Shown here: positions 49,302 to 59,800 of the stretch, piece after piece
Position numbering within the stretch: the first letter of the stretch is position 1
Layout of the letters: each line of letters opens with the position of its first letter
From: Gammaproteobacteria bacterium
GTDB taxonomy: Bacteria > Pseudomonadota > Gammaproteobacteria > Eutrophobiales > Eutrophobiaceae
Length of the DNA stretch: 64,000 bases
Direction of reading: 5' to 3'
Assembly: GCA_965243205.1 (NCBI GenBank)
Contig: CBDEUK010000001.1
Coordinates: 64,001-128,000, forward strand
Notes under the pieces: generated by a model
Told to the model about the DNA's origin: nothing
Databases searched by the model: none
What the model saw: only the letters and a program-made list of their open reading frames with translations
Translations under genes and position numbers: made by a program

Positions 49302-51062
49302 TCATTGCTTTGTATCTAATATCTCTTCAGGCTGTCCTTGACTTATTATTTTACCTTGTTCGATCTTATATAAATAATCGCAGTCCCTAACAGTAGAAAG
49401 CCTATGAGCAACAATAATTACTGTTTTCTTTCCATGTAATTTACTTACAGAGTTCATGACTTCTGTTTCGGTATTAGTATCTAATGAACTTGTCGCCTCA
49501 TCTAACACTAATACGTCTGGATCATGATATAACGCTCTAGCAATACCAATCCTCTGTCTTTGTCCACCTGATAACTTAATACCTCTTTCTCCAACAATAG
49601 CATCTATCCCATCAGCACAATTATTTATAAAATCTTCTAACTGAGCAGACTCTGCAGCCTTAACTACTTTATTATTATCAATTTCTAAATCAGGTATTCC
49701 CAAAGCAATGTTCTGTCGAAGAGTATCATCAGTTAAATAGATAGTTTGTGGAACATATCCTATTAATTTCTGCCATCCTCTTGCATTAGATACCACATCA
49801 ATACCATCTACTTCCAATTTTCCACTGTCTGCCTCTAATAACCCTAGAATTATATCAATTAATGTACTCTTTCCAGCACCGCTTGCTCCTATGATTCCAA
49901 CAGTTAATCCATTTGGAATTGTCATCGAAATATTATCTAGAGAAAGTCTATCCGTGTTGGGATATGAATAACTGATATTATTAAGAGAAATTTCTTTTTT
50001 AAAAAGAAATTTCTCTTCGGTGGTTAAAGTCTTTTGAGGTTCTCTTATTTCCTTAAGTTCAGTATGTATCGTGTTAATAACAGGAAGTGAATAACGGAGG
50101 CTTTGATATGCATTTAGTAATCTATTAACAGAGGGCATCATTCTAAATGCTGCTGCTGCAAACACACCTAAAACGGGTATTAATGAATCTAATGGCTTAC
50201 TTTTTTCTACCATAAAGATAACTAGCACCAATAAACTTAATATTGCTAATAACTCTAATAAAAATCTAGGTAATGCCATAAATGTTGATTGCATTTTACT
50301 TACATAAGCAGAACCTGAGTTGTGTATTTCATATCGACGAAGAAATTCCTGTTCTCGACCTAGTATTTTGATATCTTTTATACCACCAAGGCCTTGTTGT
50401 AAGTGTTGAAATCGTAACCCTTCATGAGACTGCCTTGCTTCACCCCAATGTAATATATATCCTCGAACAAAACTATAATAACTAAGACCAGCAATTCCAA
50501 ACAATATCATTACCAATAGAGCTCCGATAGGTTCTACGAGAAGTAATAATGTTAATATTCCTATATATACTAGCACCTCAGTAATAATAATTAGTATTGA
50601 TTGTATAACAGTACTTAACATACCAACTTCACTAACAATATTTCGTATTAATTCAGCAGAGTTTTTTTGTAAATGAAATGTATAAGGCTGATAGAGATAC
50701 CCTTTGAACAATCTATGCGAAAAGTTTGCTTGAACTCCAAATGTATATTTAGCTTGTTGCCAAGTTAAAAAACTTAAAAAGATAGATTTTAAAGTATATA
50801 CCATTGCTAGTATTAACATTGTATATATGACTAATTCGTGTTGAGAAGGGCTACCAACAAATTCTAAATATTCTTTTAGGTCTGGGTAACTAAAATAGAG
50901 ATCTTTATTCGTCACTGTTGTTAAAACAGGAATTATTAAACCAATACCTAGCATCTCAAACAACATTCCACATAACATCAAAAGCATTAAAATGATCGCG
51001 CTTTTGCGTTGAGGCTTACTTAAAGTGCTCCATAACTTATGAAATAGTGTATTAGAAAACAT
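49302..51062 (-). CDS. ABC transporter, fused permease/ATPase (PglK/Wzk-like lipid-linked oligosaccharide flippase)
   Basis: TMD with extracellular helix after TM1, AAFRMMPS.NR, Walker A GASGAGKST, GYVPQ, LSGGQRQRIGIARALY, LDEATSSLD, AHRLST. Confidence 0.85.
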   Translation of the reverse strand: MFSNTLFHKLWSTLSKPQRKSAIILMLLMLCGMLFEMLGIGLIIPVLTTVTNKDLYFSYPDLKEYLEFVGSPSQHELVIYTMLILAMVYTLKSIFLSFLTWQQAKYTFGVQANFSHRLFKGYLYQPYTFHLQKNSAELIRNIVSEVGMLSTVIQSILIIITEVLVYIGILTLLLLVEPIGALLVMILFGIAGLSYYSFVRGYILHWGEARQSHEGLRFQHLQQGLGGIKDIKILGREQEFLRRYEIHNSGSAYVSKMQSTFMALPRFLLELLAILSLLVLVIFMVEKSKPLDSLIPVLGVFAAAAFRMMPSVNRLLNAYQSLRYSLPVINTIHTELKEIREPQKTLTTEEKFLFKKEISLNNISYSYPNTDRLSLDNISMTIPNGLTVGIIGASGAGKSTLIDIILGLLEADSGKLEVDGIDVVSNARGWQKLIGYVPQTIYLTDDTLRQNIALGIPDLEIDNNKVVKAAESAQLEDFINNCADGIDAIVGERGIKLSGGQRQRIGIARALYHDPDVLVLDEATSSLDTNTETEVMNSVSKLHGKKTVIIVAHRLSTVRDCDYLYKIEQGKIISQGQPEEILDTKQ

Positions 51063-51083
51063 TAAAATATATAAAAAATTAGA

Positions 51084-51094
51084 ACGCTACCGCC
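51084..51094 (-). promoter_or_regulatory. ops element (RfaH recruitment site, JUMPStart-like)
   Basis: Minus strand reads GGCGGTAGCGT about 22 nt upstream of the flippase ATG. It is preceded by an imperfect hairpin GCGGGGTTAT-GTTT-ATAACACTGC (51097-51120). Confidence 0.9.
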
Positions 51095-51145
51095 CTGCAG
51101 TGTTATAAACATAACCCCGCATAGACAATAACAAACTAATTTTCA

Positions 51146-51748
51146 CTAAATATTTAATCCTAAAAAACTTGGGATAAATACATTCTCTTGATTAACTTCT
51201 AGGCTAATTTTTTTATAAATATCTTCTGCTTGGTCCAATGCAGTTATTAAACATGCATCGAAATGTTGAGAGTTATTTATAGTTCGACAAATTGGTTTTC
51301 CGAGGTAGTTATTTTTTTTTGTTTGCTGATCAAATGTTGCCGTATGTATTAACTCATGCTCATGTAAACGTACTGATGCAATCTCTGCTAACTCGGAAAC
51401 TCCACAAAATAAAATTTTCTTATGACCTAGCTGATGGCAAATATTAAAGGTCTCATTTACGGACTGACTGGCCTTACGATAAAAGTCAAAAGAATATGAA
51501 AGGTACTGTGCTGTCAGACGACTTTTTTCAGCAAAGCCTTTTGGAGTTAGATAGTAGAGATAGCGATTTGCCGGTATATGTTGAATTTTGATCAGGCCTT
51601 TATTGGCACAACGCTTTAAGTAGGAATTGGCCAAGCCAAGTGCCACGCCAAGATTATCGGCAAGATGACGCTGAGTAACCTCTTGATTTTCTTCAATAGT
51701 TTGAAGAATCTCTAAAGTCATTGCATCTTCTTTTTCCTTAGCGTTCAT
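51146..51748 (-). CDS. Winged-helix (MarR-like, EPS-associated) transcriptional regulator with Rossmann-like C-terminal domain
   Basis: TQRHLADNLGVALGLANSYLKRC..KGLIK and RYLYYLTPKGFAEKSRLT; C-terminal FCGVSELAEI. The ATG at 51748 is preferred; the ORF track starts at 51778. Confidence 0.88.
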   Translation of the reverse strand: MNAKEKEDAMTLEILQTIEENQEVTQRHLADNLGVALGLANSYLKRCANKGLIKIQHIPANRYLYYLTPKGFAEKSRLTAQYLSYSFDFYRKASQSVNETFNICHQLGHKKILFCGVSELAEIASVRLHEHELIHTATFDQQTKKNNYLGKPICRTINNSQHFDACLITALDQAEDIYKKISLEVNQENVFIPSFLGLNI

Positions 51749-51787
51749 AATATGAACATTATATATCAGCATGTTCATAAAATGAAC
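51743..51787. promoter_or_regulatory. Twin palindromes GTTCAT-N3-ATGAAC (putative operators)
   Basis: gttcataatatgaac at 51743-51757 and gttcataaaatgaac at 51773-51787, 30 bp apart, overlapping and upstream of the regulator start. Confidence 0.7.
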
Positions 51788-51807
51788 TACTATATGTAGT
51801 AGTAGAC

Positions 51808-52326
51808 TTAATCTAGCCTTTCAATCGATTGGGCTTCAATCTTGAGTTTGGCGTAATTTTCGGCAATTTTGAGTAAAATCAACACCCTATCATTGGAATC
51901 CTTAGCAGAAAAAATCGCTTCGTAACCTTCGAACGGCCCTTCAGCAATTCGGACTTTATCGCCCTCTTCAAACTCTAGGATCTTCATAGGATGAATATCA
52001 GGTTCAACTTCTTGAGATTTTAAATTCTGCACTAAGATATCTGGCACCTTAGCTGGCTCCATTCCAAAACGAACCAAAGCAGCAACACCTAAGGTTGAAC
52101 GAATAGGTCCCCAATTATCAATTTCATCACTGAGATATATAAATATGTATCGAGGAAATAGAGGGCCAATCTTGCGAACTGACTTACCACGGTGTCTTTT
52201 TAATAATGATGTCAGAGGTAAATAAGTTTCATACCCCTGACGTTCTAGATTTTCTTTTGCAGTCTGTTCCTGATTCGGCTTTGTATGAATCAAGTACCAA
52301 CTGCGGGAAATATTTTGTTCATTCAA
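51808..52326 (-). CDS. rfaH: Transcription/translation antitermination factor RfaH
   Basis: WYLIHTKP.QE..A..NLERQG...YLP, PLFPRYIFI, IRSTLGV..LVRFG, KOW GDKVRI.EGPFEG; TTG start. Confidence 0.93.
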   Translation of the reverse strand: MNEQNISRSWYLIHTKPNQEQTAKENLERQGYETYLPLTSLLKRHRGKSVRKIGPLFPRYIFIYLSDEIDNWGPIRSTLGVAALVRFGMEPAKVPDILVQNLKSQEVEPDIHPMKILEFEEGDKVRIAEGPFEGYEAIFSAKDSNDRVLILLKIAENYAKLKIEAQSIERLD

Positions 52327-52331
52327 AACGA

Positions 52332-52940
52332 CTAAGAGGAAAGGATATCCTTTTCCAACATGGCAACTAATTGATCAACGCATTCTGGAACTTGAGACTT
52401 TGAAGTATTGACTGTCAACTCAGGGTTCTCTGGTGCTTCATATGGAGAAGATATACCTGTAAATTCAGGGATTTCACCCGCTCTGGCTTTTTTATATAAA
52501 CCTTTAGGGTCACGTTCTTCACAAGTCGCTAAGTCCGCATCAACAAATATTTCAAAAAACTCTCCATCATTTACTAAACTACGAACAATATCACGGTCTT
52601 CTTTGAAAGGAGAAATGAAAGCTGTCATCACAATAATACCCGCATCTAACATGAGTTTACTCACTTCACCAATACGACGAATGTTTTCAACTCGATCTTC
52701 ATCAGAAAAACCTAAGTCTTTATTCAAACCTTTACGAACATTATCACCATCTAAAACATAGGTACGTTTACCTAATTTATTCAGTCGATCTTCCAAAGCA
52801 TTTGCTAAAGTCGATTTACCTGAACCAGATAAACCAGTAAACCAAATGATCGCTCCTTTATGATTATTTAAAGCTTCACGTTCCTGACGTGTGACTGTAT
52901 GTTCATGCCATACCGTATTTTCATTCGTTATCTTTGTCAT
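52332..52940 (-). CDS. cysC: Adenylyl-sulfate kinase
   Basis: [59 protein letters not shown]. Confidence 0.96.
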   Translation of the reverse strand: MTKITNENTVWHEHTVTRQEREALNNHKGAIIWFTGLSGSGKSTLANALEDRLNKLGKRTYVLDGDNVRKGLNKDLGFSDEDRVENIRRIGEVSKLMLDAGIIVMTAFISPFKEDRDIVRSLVNDGEFFEIFVDADLATCEERDPKGLYKKARAGEIPEFTGISSPYEAPENPELTVNTSKSQVPECVDQLVAMLEKDILSS

Positions 52941-52964
52941 TATATATTTTCTCTTTTATAAATT

Positions 52965-54269
52965 TTAACGGCCAACACATACGTATTTAAAACCAAGCTC
53001 TTTCATAGCATCAGGCTCATAAACATTTCTGAGGTCTATAAAGATATTACCGTTCATTTGATTTAAGATCTTCTTTAAATCTAAACCGCGATAAGCATTC
53101 CATTCAGTTAACAAAATAACAGCATCCGCATTATCGAAAATAGAATAAATATCTTCATAATAATTAACTGATTCTGGTAGAAGTTCCTTTGCTTCTTCAA
53201 CACCTTGAGGATCATGCGCATTTACTATAGCACCATTCTCTATTAATTTTGGAAGGATCGCTAATGAAGGCGAATCACGCATATCATCGGTTTCTGGTTT
53301 GAATGTTAAACCTAAAACAGCAAAGGTTTTAGCCGATTCATCTCCACCTATTGCTGCACGAATTTTTTTGATCATTCTTGCCTTCTGTGCTTCGTTGACC
53401 TCAATCACAGATTCCACAATACGACTTGAAGTACCATTTTCTTGCGCGATTCTAACTAACGCTTTGGTATCTTTTGGAAAACAGGAACCACCATAACCAG
53501 GCCCAGGGTGTAAAAACTTTTTGCCAATACGACCATCAAGTCCCATACCCTTAGCCACTGCATGAACGTCCGCACCTACAGCCTCACATAGCATTGACAT
53601 TTCATTAATAAAACTGATCTTCGTAGCTAAGAACGCATTAGATGCGTATTTGATTAACTCAGCACTTTCTAATCCGGTAGTTAGAATTGGTGTCTCGATT
53701 AAATTTAATGGTCGATAAAGTTCGTGTAATAAGTTTTTTGCGCGTTCTGATTCCAAACCTAATACCACGCGATCAGGCCTCATAAAGTCTGATATCGCAG
53801 CACCTTCTCTTAAGAATTCAGGGTTTGAGGCCACATCAAAATCCGCATTTGGATTTTCTTCTTTAATAATGCGATGAACATTACGAGCAGTTCCAACTGG
53901 TACCGTCGATTTGTCCACGATAACGGTATAACCTTTTAGATGTGGAGCAATATCTTTTGCTGCTTGATAGACATACGATAAATCAGCATAGCCTTCACCT
54001 CGACGTGAAGGTGTACCTACGGCAATAAATACTAAATCACTTTCTGCAATAACTTCATCATAAGAAGTTGTAAAAGTTAAACGCCCCTGCTCAACATTCT
54101 TTTTAACTAAATCATCAAGGCCAGGCTCATAGATTGGTATTTCACCATTTTCTAATTTTTGAATTTTAGATTCATCAATGTCTAAACAACAAACATCTGC
54201 ACCAAACTCGGCAAAGCAAGTCCCAGAAACCAAGCCAACATAGCCGGTGCCTATCATTGTAACTTTCAT
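52965..54269 (-). CDS. ugd: UDP-glucose 6-dehydrogenase
   Basis: GTGYVGL, PIYEPGL, KSTVPVGT, SNPEFLREG, AELIKYASNAFLATKISF.NE, GYGGSCFPKD, GLTFKPETDDMR. Confidence 0.94.
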   Translation of the reverse strand: MKVTMIGTGYVGLVSGTCFAEFGADVCCLDIDESKIQKLENGEIPIYEPGLDDLVKKNVEQGRLTFTTSYDEVIAESDLVFIAVGTPSRRGEGYADLSYVYQAAKDIAPHLKGYTVIVDKSTVPVGTARNVHRIIKEENPNADFDVASNPEFLREGAAISDFMRPDRVVLGLESERAKNLLHELYRPLNLIETPILTTGLESAELIKYASNAFLATKISFINEMSMLCEAVGADVHAVAKGMGLDGRIGKKFLHPGPGYGGSCFPKDTKALVRIAQENGTSSRIVESVIEVNEAQKARMIKKIRAAIGGDESAKTFAVLGLTFKPETDDMRDSPSLAILPKLIENGAIVNAHDPQGVEEAKELLPESVNYYEDIYSIFDNADAVILLTEWNAYRGLDLKKILNQMNGNIFIDLRNVYEPDAMKELGFKYVCVGR

Positions 54270-54327
54270 TCAGTAAAACCTATTAATGTATTTTATTGTA
54301 TGGCGAACGAATACTAATGGATAAATA

Positions 54328-55614
54328 TTACAATCTAAATAATTCAATTCCGTCTGGTTTAGTATCGCGTGGTAACACCGATTTCACATCGTAAACTACA
54401 CCTTTTCCATCTTTTAGTAGTGCTTGAATCCCAGACCATCCCATCTCAAGATAGTGATTGTGTGGAACGGCTAAAATAACAGCATCGGCTTTTTGTAAGT
54501 GTTTTTCTTCGGTTAAATCTATACCGTATTCGTCGTGTGCTTCTTCTGGGAACGCCTCAGGATCCGTGATTTGAATATTAGCTTCATAACTTTCAAGTTC
54601 TTGGGCGATATCTATCACTCGAGTATTACGCAAGTCGGGTACATTCTCTTTAAAGGTAAAACCTAGCATAGTTATAGTACTGCCTTTAATTGCTAGACCA
54701 GATTTTATTAATGCTTTAATAATGCGACTGGCAACAAAACTACCCATGCCATCATTGATAGCCCGCGCATCTAAAATCATATCGGGGATATAACCTAAGA
54801 TGGATGCTTTATGAGTTAGATAATACGGATCAACACCAATACAATGTCCGCCCACTAAACCAGGACTGAACTTTAAAAAGTTCCATTTAGTACCTGCAGC
54901 ATCTAAAACATCTTTAGTATCAATACCCATACGTTGAAAGATCATCGCCAATTCATTCATCAAAGCAATATTTAAATCACGCTGAGTGTTTTCAATTACC
55001 TTACAAGCTTCCGCAACTTTAATCGTAGCAGCTCTATGCACACCTGCGGTCACAACTGACTCATAAACTTGTGCAACAATCTCTAAAATTTCAGGTGTTT
55101 GCCCTGAAACCACTTTGGTAATTGTTGTAAAGGTATGTTCTTTATCACCTGGGTTGATTCGTTCTGGTGAGTAGCCAACAAAAAAATCCTTACCACATAC
55201 CAAACCTGACTCTCGTTCTAATACTGGAACACAATCTTCTTCAGTAGCACCTGGATAAACAGTCGATTCATAAACGACAATGTCACCTTTTTTAAGTTGT
55301 TTACCAACCGTTTCAGATGCTTTTAAAACTGGCGTTAAATCAGGGTTTTTTGCAGAGTTAACTGGGGTAGGCACCGCAACGATATGAAAATCTGCTTTAG
55401 GAATTTCACTAGGATCATTTGTATAAATGACAGCAGCTGTTCTCAATTGCTCAATATCAGCTTCATTAGTACTATCTTCACCACGTTTTAATTCATCAAT
55501 TCTCGATTGATTAATATCAAAACCAATGACTTGTTCAGTTTGACCAAAGGCAACTGCAACAGGAAGGCCTACATATCCAAGACCAATAACAGAAATTTTA
55601 CGACCGTGCGACAT
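54328..55614 (-). CDS. UDP-N-acetylhexosamine 6-dehydrogenase (WbpO/TviB family)
   Basis: GLGYVGLP, ESTVYPG.TE, YSPERINPGD, KVIENTQRD.NIALMNE, PGLVGGHCIGVDPYYL, TFKEN.PD.RN. Confidence 0.92.
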   Translation of the reverse strand: MSHGRKISVIGLGYVGLPVAVAFGQTEQVIGFDINQSRIDELKRGEDSTNEADIEQLRTAAVIYTNDPSEIPKADFHIVAVPTPVNSAKNPDLTPVLKASETVGKQLKKGDIVVYESTVYPGATEEDCVPVLERESGLVCGKDFFVGYSPERINPGDKEHTFTTITKVVSGQTPEILEIVAQVYESVVTAGVHRAATIKVAEACKVIENTQRDLNIALMNELAMIFQRMGIDTKDVLDAAGTKWNFLKFSPGLVGGHCIGVDPYYLTHKASILGYIPDMILDARAINDGMGSFVASRIIKALIKSGLAIKGSTITMLGFTFKENVPDLRNTRVIDIAQELESYEANIQITDPEAFPEEAHDEYGIDLTEEKHLQKADAVILAVPHNHYLEMGWSGIQALLKDGKGVVYDVKSVLPRDTKPDGIELFRL

Positions 55615-56627
55615 TATGATTCGACTCCATAGTATTCTTTATACCAATTAATAAATTTCTCTATACCCTCTTCGATAGGAGTGTCTGGCTTATAATTCAT
55701 ATCTCTCACCAAGTCATCGACATCGGCATAAGTTGTCTCAACATCACCGGGCTGCATGGGGAGATAATTTTTTTGCGCCTCTTTTCCGAGGTTCTTTTCG
55801 ATGGTTTCAATAAAATGCATTAATTCTACTGGATTATTATTGCCGATATTATAAATACGATACGGGGCTTTACTAGTCCCAGGGTCAGGAGAATTACTAT
55901 TCCATTGTGAATTCGTCTCTGGCTCAGTATCCAATGTTTTTATAACGCCGGCTACAATATCATCAATATATGTAAAGTCACGTTTATGTTTACCATTATT
56001 AAATACATTTATCGGTTCTTCTTCCAAAATCTTTTTCGTGAAAGAAAAATAAGCCATATCGGGGCGTCCCCAAGGACCATAAACAGTAAAAAATCGTAAC
56101 CCAGTAGTAGGGATTCCATATAAATGACTATATGTATGCGCCATTAACTCATTGGATTTTTTACTCGCTGCATATAGGGAAACAGGGTGATCGACATTAT
56201 CATGAACAGAAAAAGGCATGGAAGTATTTGCGCCATATACAGAACTGGAAGACGCATAGACTAAATGTTCTACTTGGTTGTTTCGACAGCCCTCTAATAT
56301 ATTTAATGTACCAAGAATATTCGAATCTACATAAGCATGAGGATTTTCCAAGGAATAACGAACTCCTGCTTGTGCGGCTAAATGAACCACGCGCTCAGGT
56401 TCGAAATCATTGAATAGGTCTTCCACCTCACGGCGATCAGCAATATCAATTTGCTCAAATATAAAATCATCATAAGGTTCAAGTTGTTCCAGTCGATCTT
56501 CCTTCAAAGAAACATCATAATAATCATTGAGATTATCAATACCATAAACTTGGTCGCCACGCTCTAATAATGCTTTCGCTACATGAAACCCAATAAAACC
56601 GGCCGAACCTGAAAGAAGTATTTTCAT
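55614..56627 (-). CDS. UDP-glucuronate 4-epimerase (Uge/CapI type)
   Basis: [67 protein letters not shown]. Confidence 0.93.
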   Translation of the reverse strand: MKILLSGSAGFIGFHVAKALLERGDQVYGIDNLNDYYDVSLKEDRLEQLEPYDDFIFEQIDIADRREVEDLFNDFEPERVVHLAAQAGVRYSLENPHAYVDSNILGTLNILEGCRNNQVEHLVYASSSSVYGANTSMPFSVHDNVDHPVSLYAASKKSNELMAHTYSHLYGIPTTGLRFFTVYGPWGRPDMAYFSFTKKILEEEPINVFNNGKHKRDFTYIDDIVAGVIKTLDTEPETNSQWNSNSPDPGTSKAPYRIYNIGNNNPVELMHFIETIEKNLGKEAQKNYLPMQPGDVETTYADVDDLVRDMNYKPDTPIEEGIEKFINWYKEYYGVES

Positions 56628-56866
56628 AATAATTTTAAATATCCATGTACAAATGAAATACAGATTGAATAAACTTTGGTAAAGTTATGTAAGTGATTTG
56701 ACAAAAATAGGTATTATTTCACAGAAATTGATATGTAGCATAAAAATACAACAAAAGCGTATTGATTTAGAACATAATTTTAGTTTTAATTGATAAATAT
56801 ATAATAAAAATCATCTTATTCATACATCATTCGAATCTAGGAAAATCAATATGATACAAATTATAA

Positions 56867-59800
56867 ATGGAAATCTTTTTGATGGTTCTAGAATTAACTA
56901 CAAAATTAAATGAATTCACTACAGCGCAAAAAAAATTATCGTCAGCGTTTTATAAGCTATTTTTATTTGCCGCTCTAATTATTCCTTTCTGCTCTAACGC
57001 AGATACTTTAAATGTTCCTGGTGATCATGCGACTATACAAGCCGCAGTCACAGCAGCTACAAATGGTGATACTGTTCTGGTTGCTCCAGGCACATACCTT
57101 GAAAATATAACAATTGAAGGCAAACAATTAATTTTAGAATCAGCAGAAGGACCAAGCGTTACCGTCATTGAAGGCCCTCCTAATGGAACTCCCTCTTCAC
57201 TTACTGATGCGATTATTAGAATTAATGGCAATAGCACTATCGTACGAGGTTTCACCATCCAAAAAGGAAATAGTTTTCCTTTTGCATCTCAAGGTGGTGG
57301 CGCTATTACTATTAGGGCAGGTACCCCAACAATTGAAAACAATATAATTAGAGAAACACTTGATGGTGTAGCAATTGAAGTTGGAAACAATGCTAGTCCT
57401 ATAATTCGTAATAATATTATAGAGGATAATACATCAAATGATGTTCCATTCCTGATTCATTTATATTCTGTAACAGCCCCCGTAATTGAATCAAATATAT
57501 TTAGAAACAATACTTCTCAGCCCATCAATGATGTTTTTGCAAGCAGTTCTGACATCATAACGATTATAAATAATCGTTTTGAAAATAATAATTTTTCAGG
57601 TTGTGGTTCTATTGATGCAGATGAGAATACTACTTATAAAATTATTCAAAATGTTTTTAGTAACAATACGGCAAATGGAGCAACCGCTGGAATTTGTATA
57701 GAAGAATCAGCAGATGCGGAAATTGAGAACAACACTTTTTTTAATAATCAAGCAGGAACCACTTCGACAAGTGCCCTTGGTGCTGATATTTATTTCTCTA
57801 GTAACATCGGTGGAGTATCAAATGTTACTAATAATATTTTTTATAATTCAAGCAGCTTAGCCTCAATTGCTTGTAATGGCCCTGGGTCACAAACCTTTTT
57901 AAATAATAATATCTATAACACAACAGGGCCCGCATCTGCTGGTGTATGTTCAAGTATAGTTGGAACAAATAATAATATTTCACAAAACCCTTTGTTTACG
58001 GATTCATCCAACTCGGACTTTAATCTAACATCAGGTTCCCCTTCGATTGATACTGGGGATAATACGGCCACCAATATTCAAGCTACAGATATTATTGGCG
58101 CAACTAGAATCATTGATGGTAACAATGATGTAACAGCAACTGTTGACATGGGCGCGCTCGAATTTAATGCCAATGGCTTCTTGCAATTTGAAACGCCTAG
58201 TATTGTTGCTCAAGAAAACGACACAAATGCGTCGATAAATATCTGCCGTATTGGTGGCAATTCAGGTGCTGTGGGTGTTAATTACCTAACTGCGAATGGA
58301 ACTGCGTTAGATAGTGTCAATTACACTCTTACATCCGGAACTACAACATTTACTAATGGCGAAAGTGGCTGTAAACCTGTATTAATTCCATTAATCGACA
58401 ATAACTCTATTGATCCAGATGTTAATTTTACAATCTCACTGTCGAGTCCCTCTGGAGGAGCGTTACTAACGACACAAAATCAGGCCACTATCGAAATTAA
58501 TAACGATGATAACCTTCTAGCACTAAATGTTTCTCCTAACAAAAGTTCATATGACTTTGAAGAAACAGTCACTCTAACTATTCAGGTTACTAATTCTGGT
58601 GTTCCCTCTAATGCCACTACAGCCCAGAACGTTACATTAACAAACGTGCTACCATCTGATTCTCCTTCACCATTTGGTGTGACTTTTTCTTCGGTCTCTG
58701 CTTCCCAAGGAAGTTGTTCTGGAACCCAAACAATCGATTGTAATCTTGGTAACATAGCCGTTGGTAATACGGCAACCGTTACTATAACGGGTACAGCAAC
58801 CAAGGCTGGAACATTTACAAACCTAGCTGCAGTAACAGCCGATCCAGTCAATACCGTACCGACAAATTTAACTGACTTAACGACTATTACGGTTGCAGGC
58901 TTACCAACAGCACAAGAATTATTTCCAATCGTACCGTTAACGAAATATAACTATCGATTAAATAACAGCCCATCATTAACTAGTAGTGTGTTCATCTTAC
59001 CTCAAACAGTAAATGTAAATGGCGTTGAAACCTATGGCTTCCAATTTTCTGAGGGCAGTGTTGAATACTTCACGAATGATAGTGAAGGTGTTAAAAGTTA
59101 TGGTGAAGTCGATGTTGATGGTTATTTACAATACATTCCACCAAGTAAACAAATAAACGCTCAGCCTATTTTAGGTGAAACAGTCAATTCTAATGGTACA
59201 TTAAGACTGTCTATTACTGGTCTTGGAATTTTTGATCTTTCATATTCAAGAGCATGTACTTTAAATTCTATTCAATCAACATCTGTCCCTTATGGAACAT
59301 TTAATGCCATTAGAATAGTTTGTACCTTAACTTCATCAGGAGTGATCAACGGCCAGACAATAACATTTGATGGTTCTCAAACTAACTGGTTTGTAAAAAA
59401 TGTTGGCTTAATAAAACAAACTCAAACACTAACAGCTCGAGTTAATGGTGCTATAAATCAAACTGAAACTCGTACTCTAGATCTCATATCAATAGAACCT
59501 CCTCCAGAAATATCATCACCTGCAGCGAACTCTACTCTAACCAGTGGTTCGGCTACTGTGAACTGGAACCCGAATGGCGCAACCCCACAAAACTGGGTCG
59601 TCACCGCAGGCACCTCTAATATTGCTGGACCTGCTGCCTATAATATTTTACTACCTGAGAACGCAGGGCCTTCAGCCACCAGTCAAACCTTATCTGACTT
59701 ACCGGTCGATGGCAGTTCGTTTTATATAAATTTATATATGTTAATTGATGGCACATGGTCTATCGTCGATTCCATTAGCGTCAATGCCTTCGATGCACCA

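Noticed and set aside
56628-56866. Specific sigma70 promoters in the divergent intergenic region (e.g. TTGATT-17-TTTAAT at 56762-56790)
   Set aside because: The region is so AT-rich that such matches arise by chance. They cannot be assigned without TSS data.
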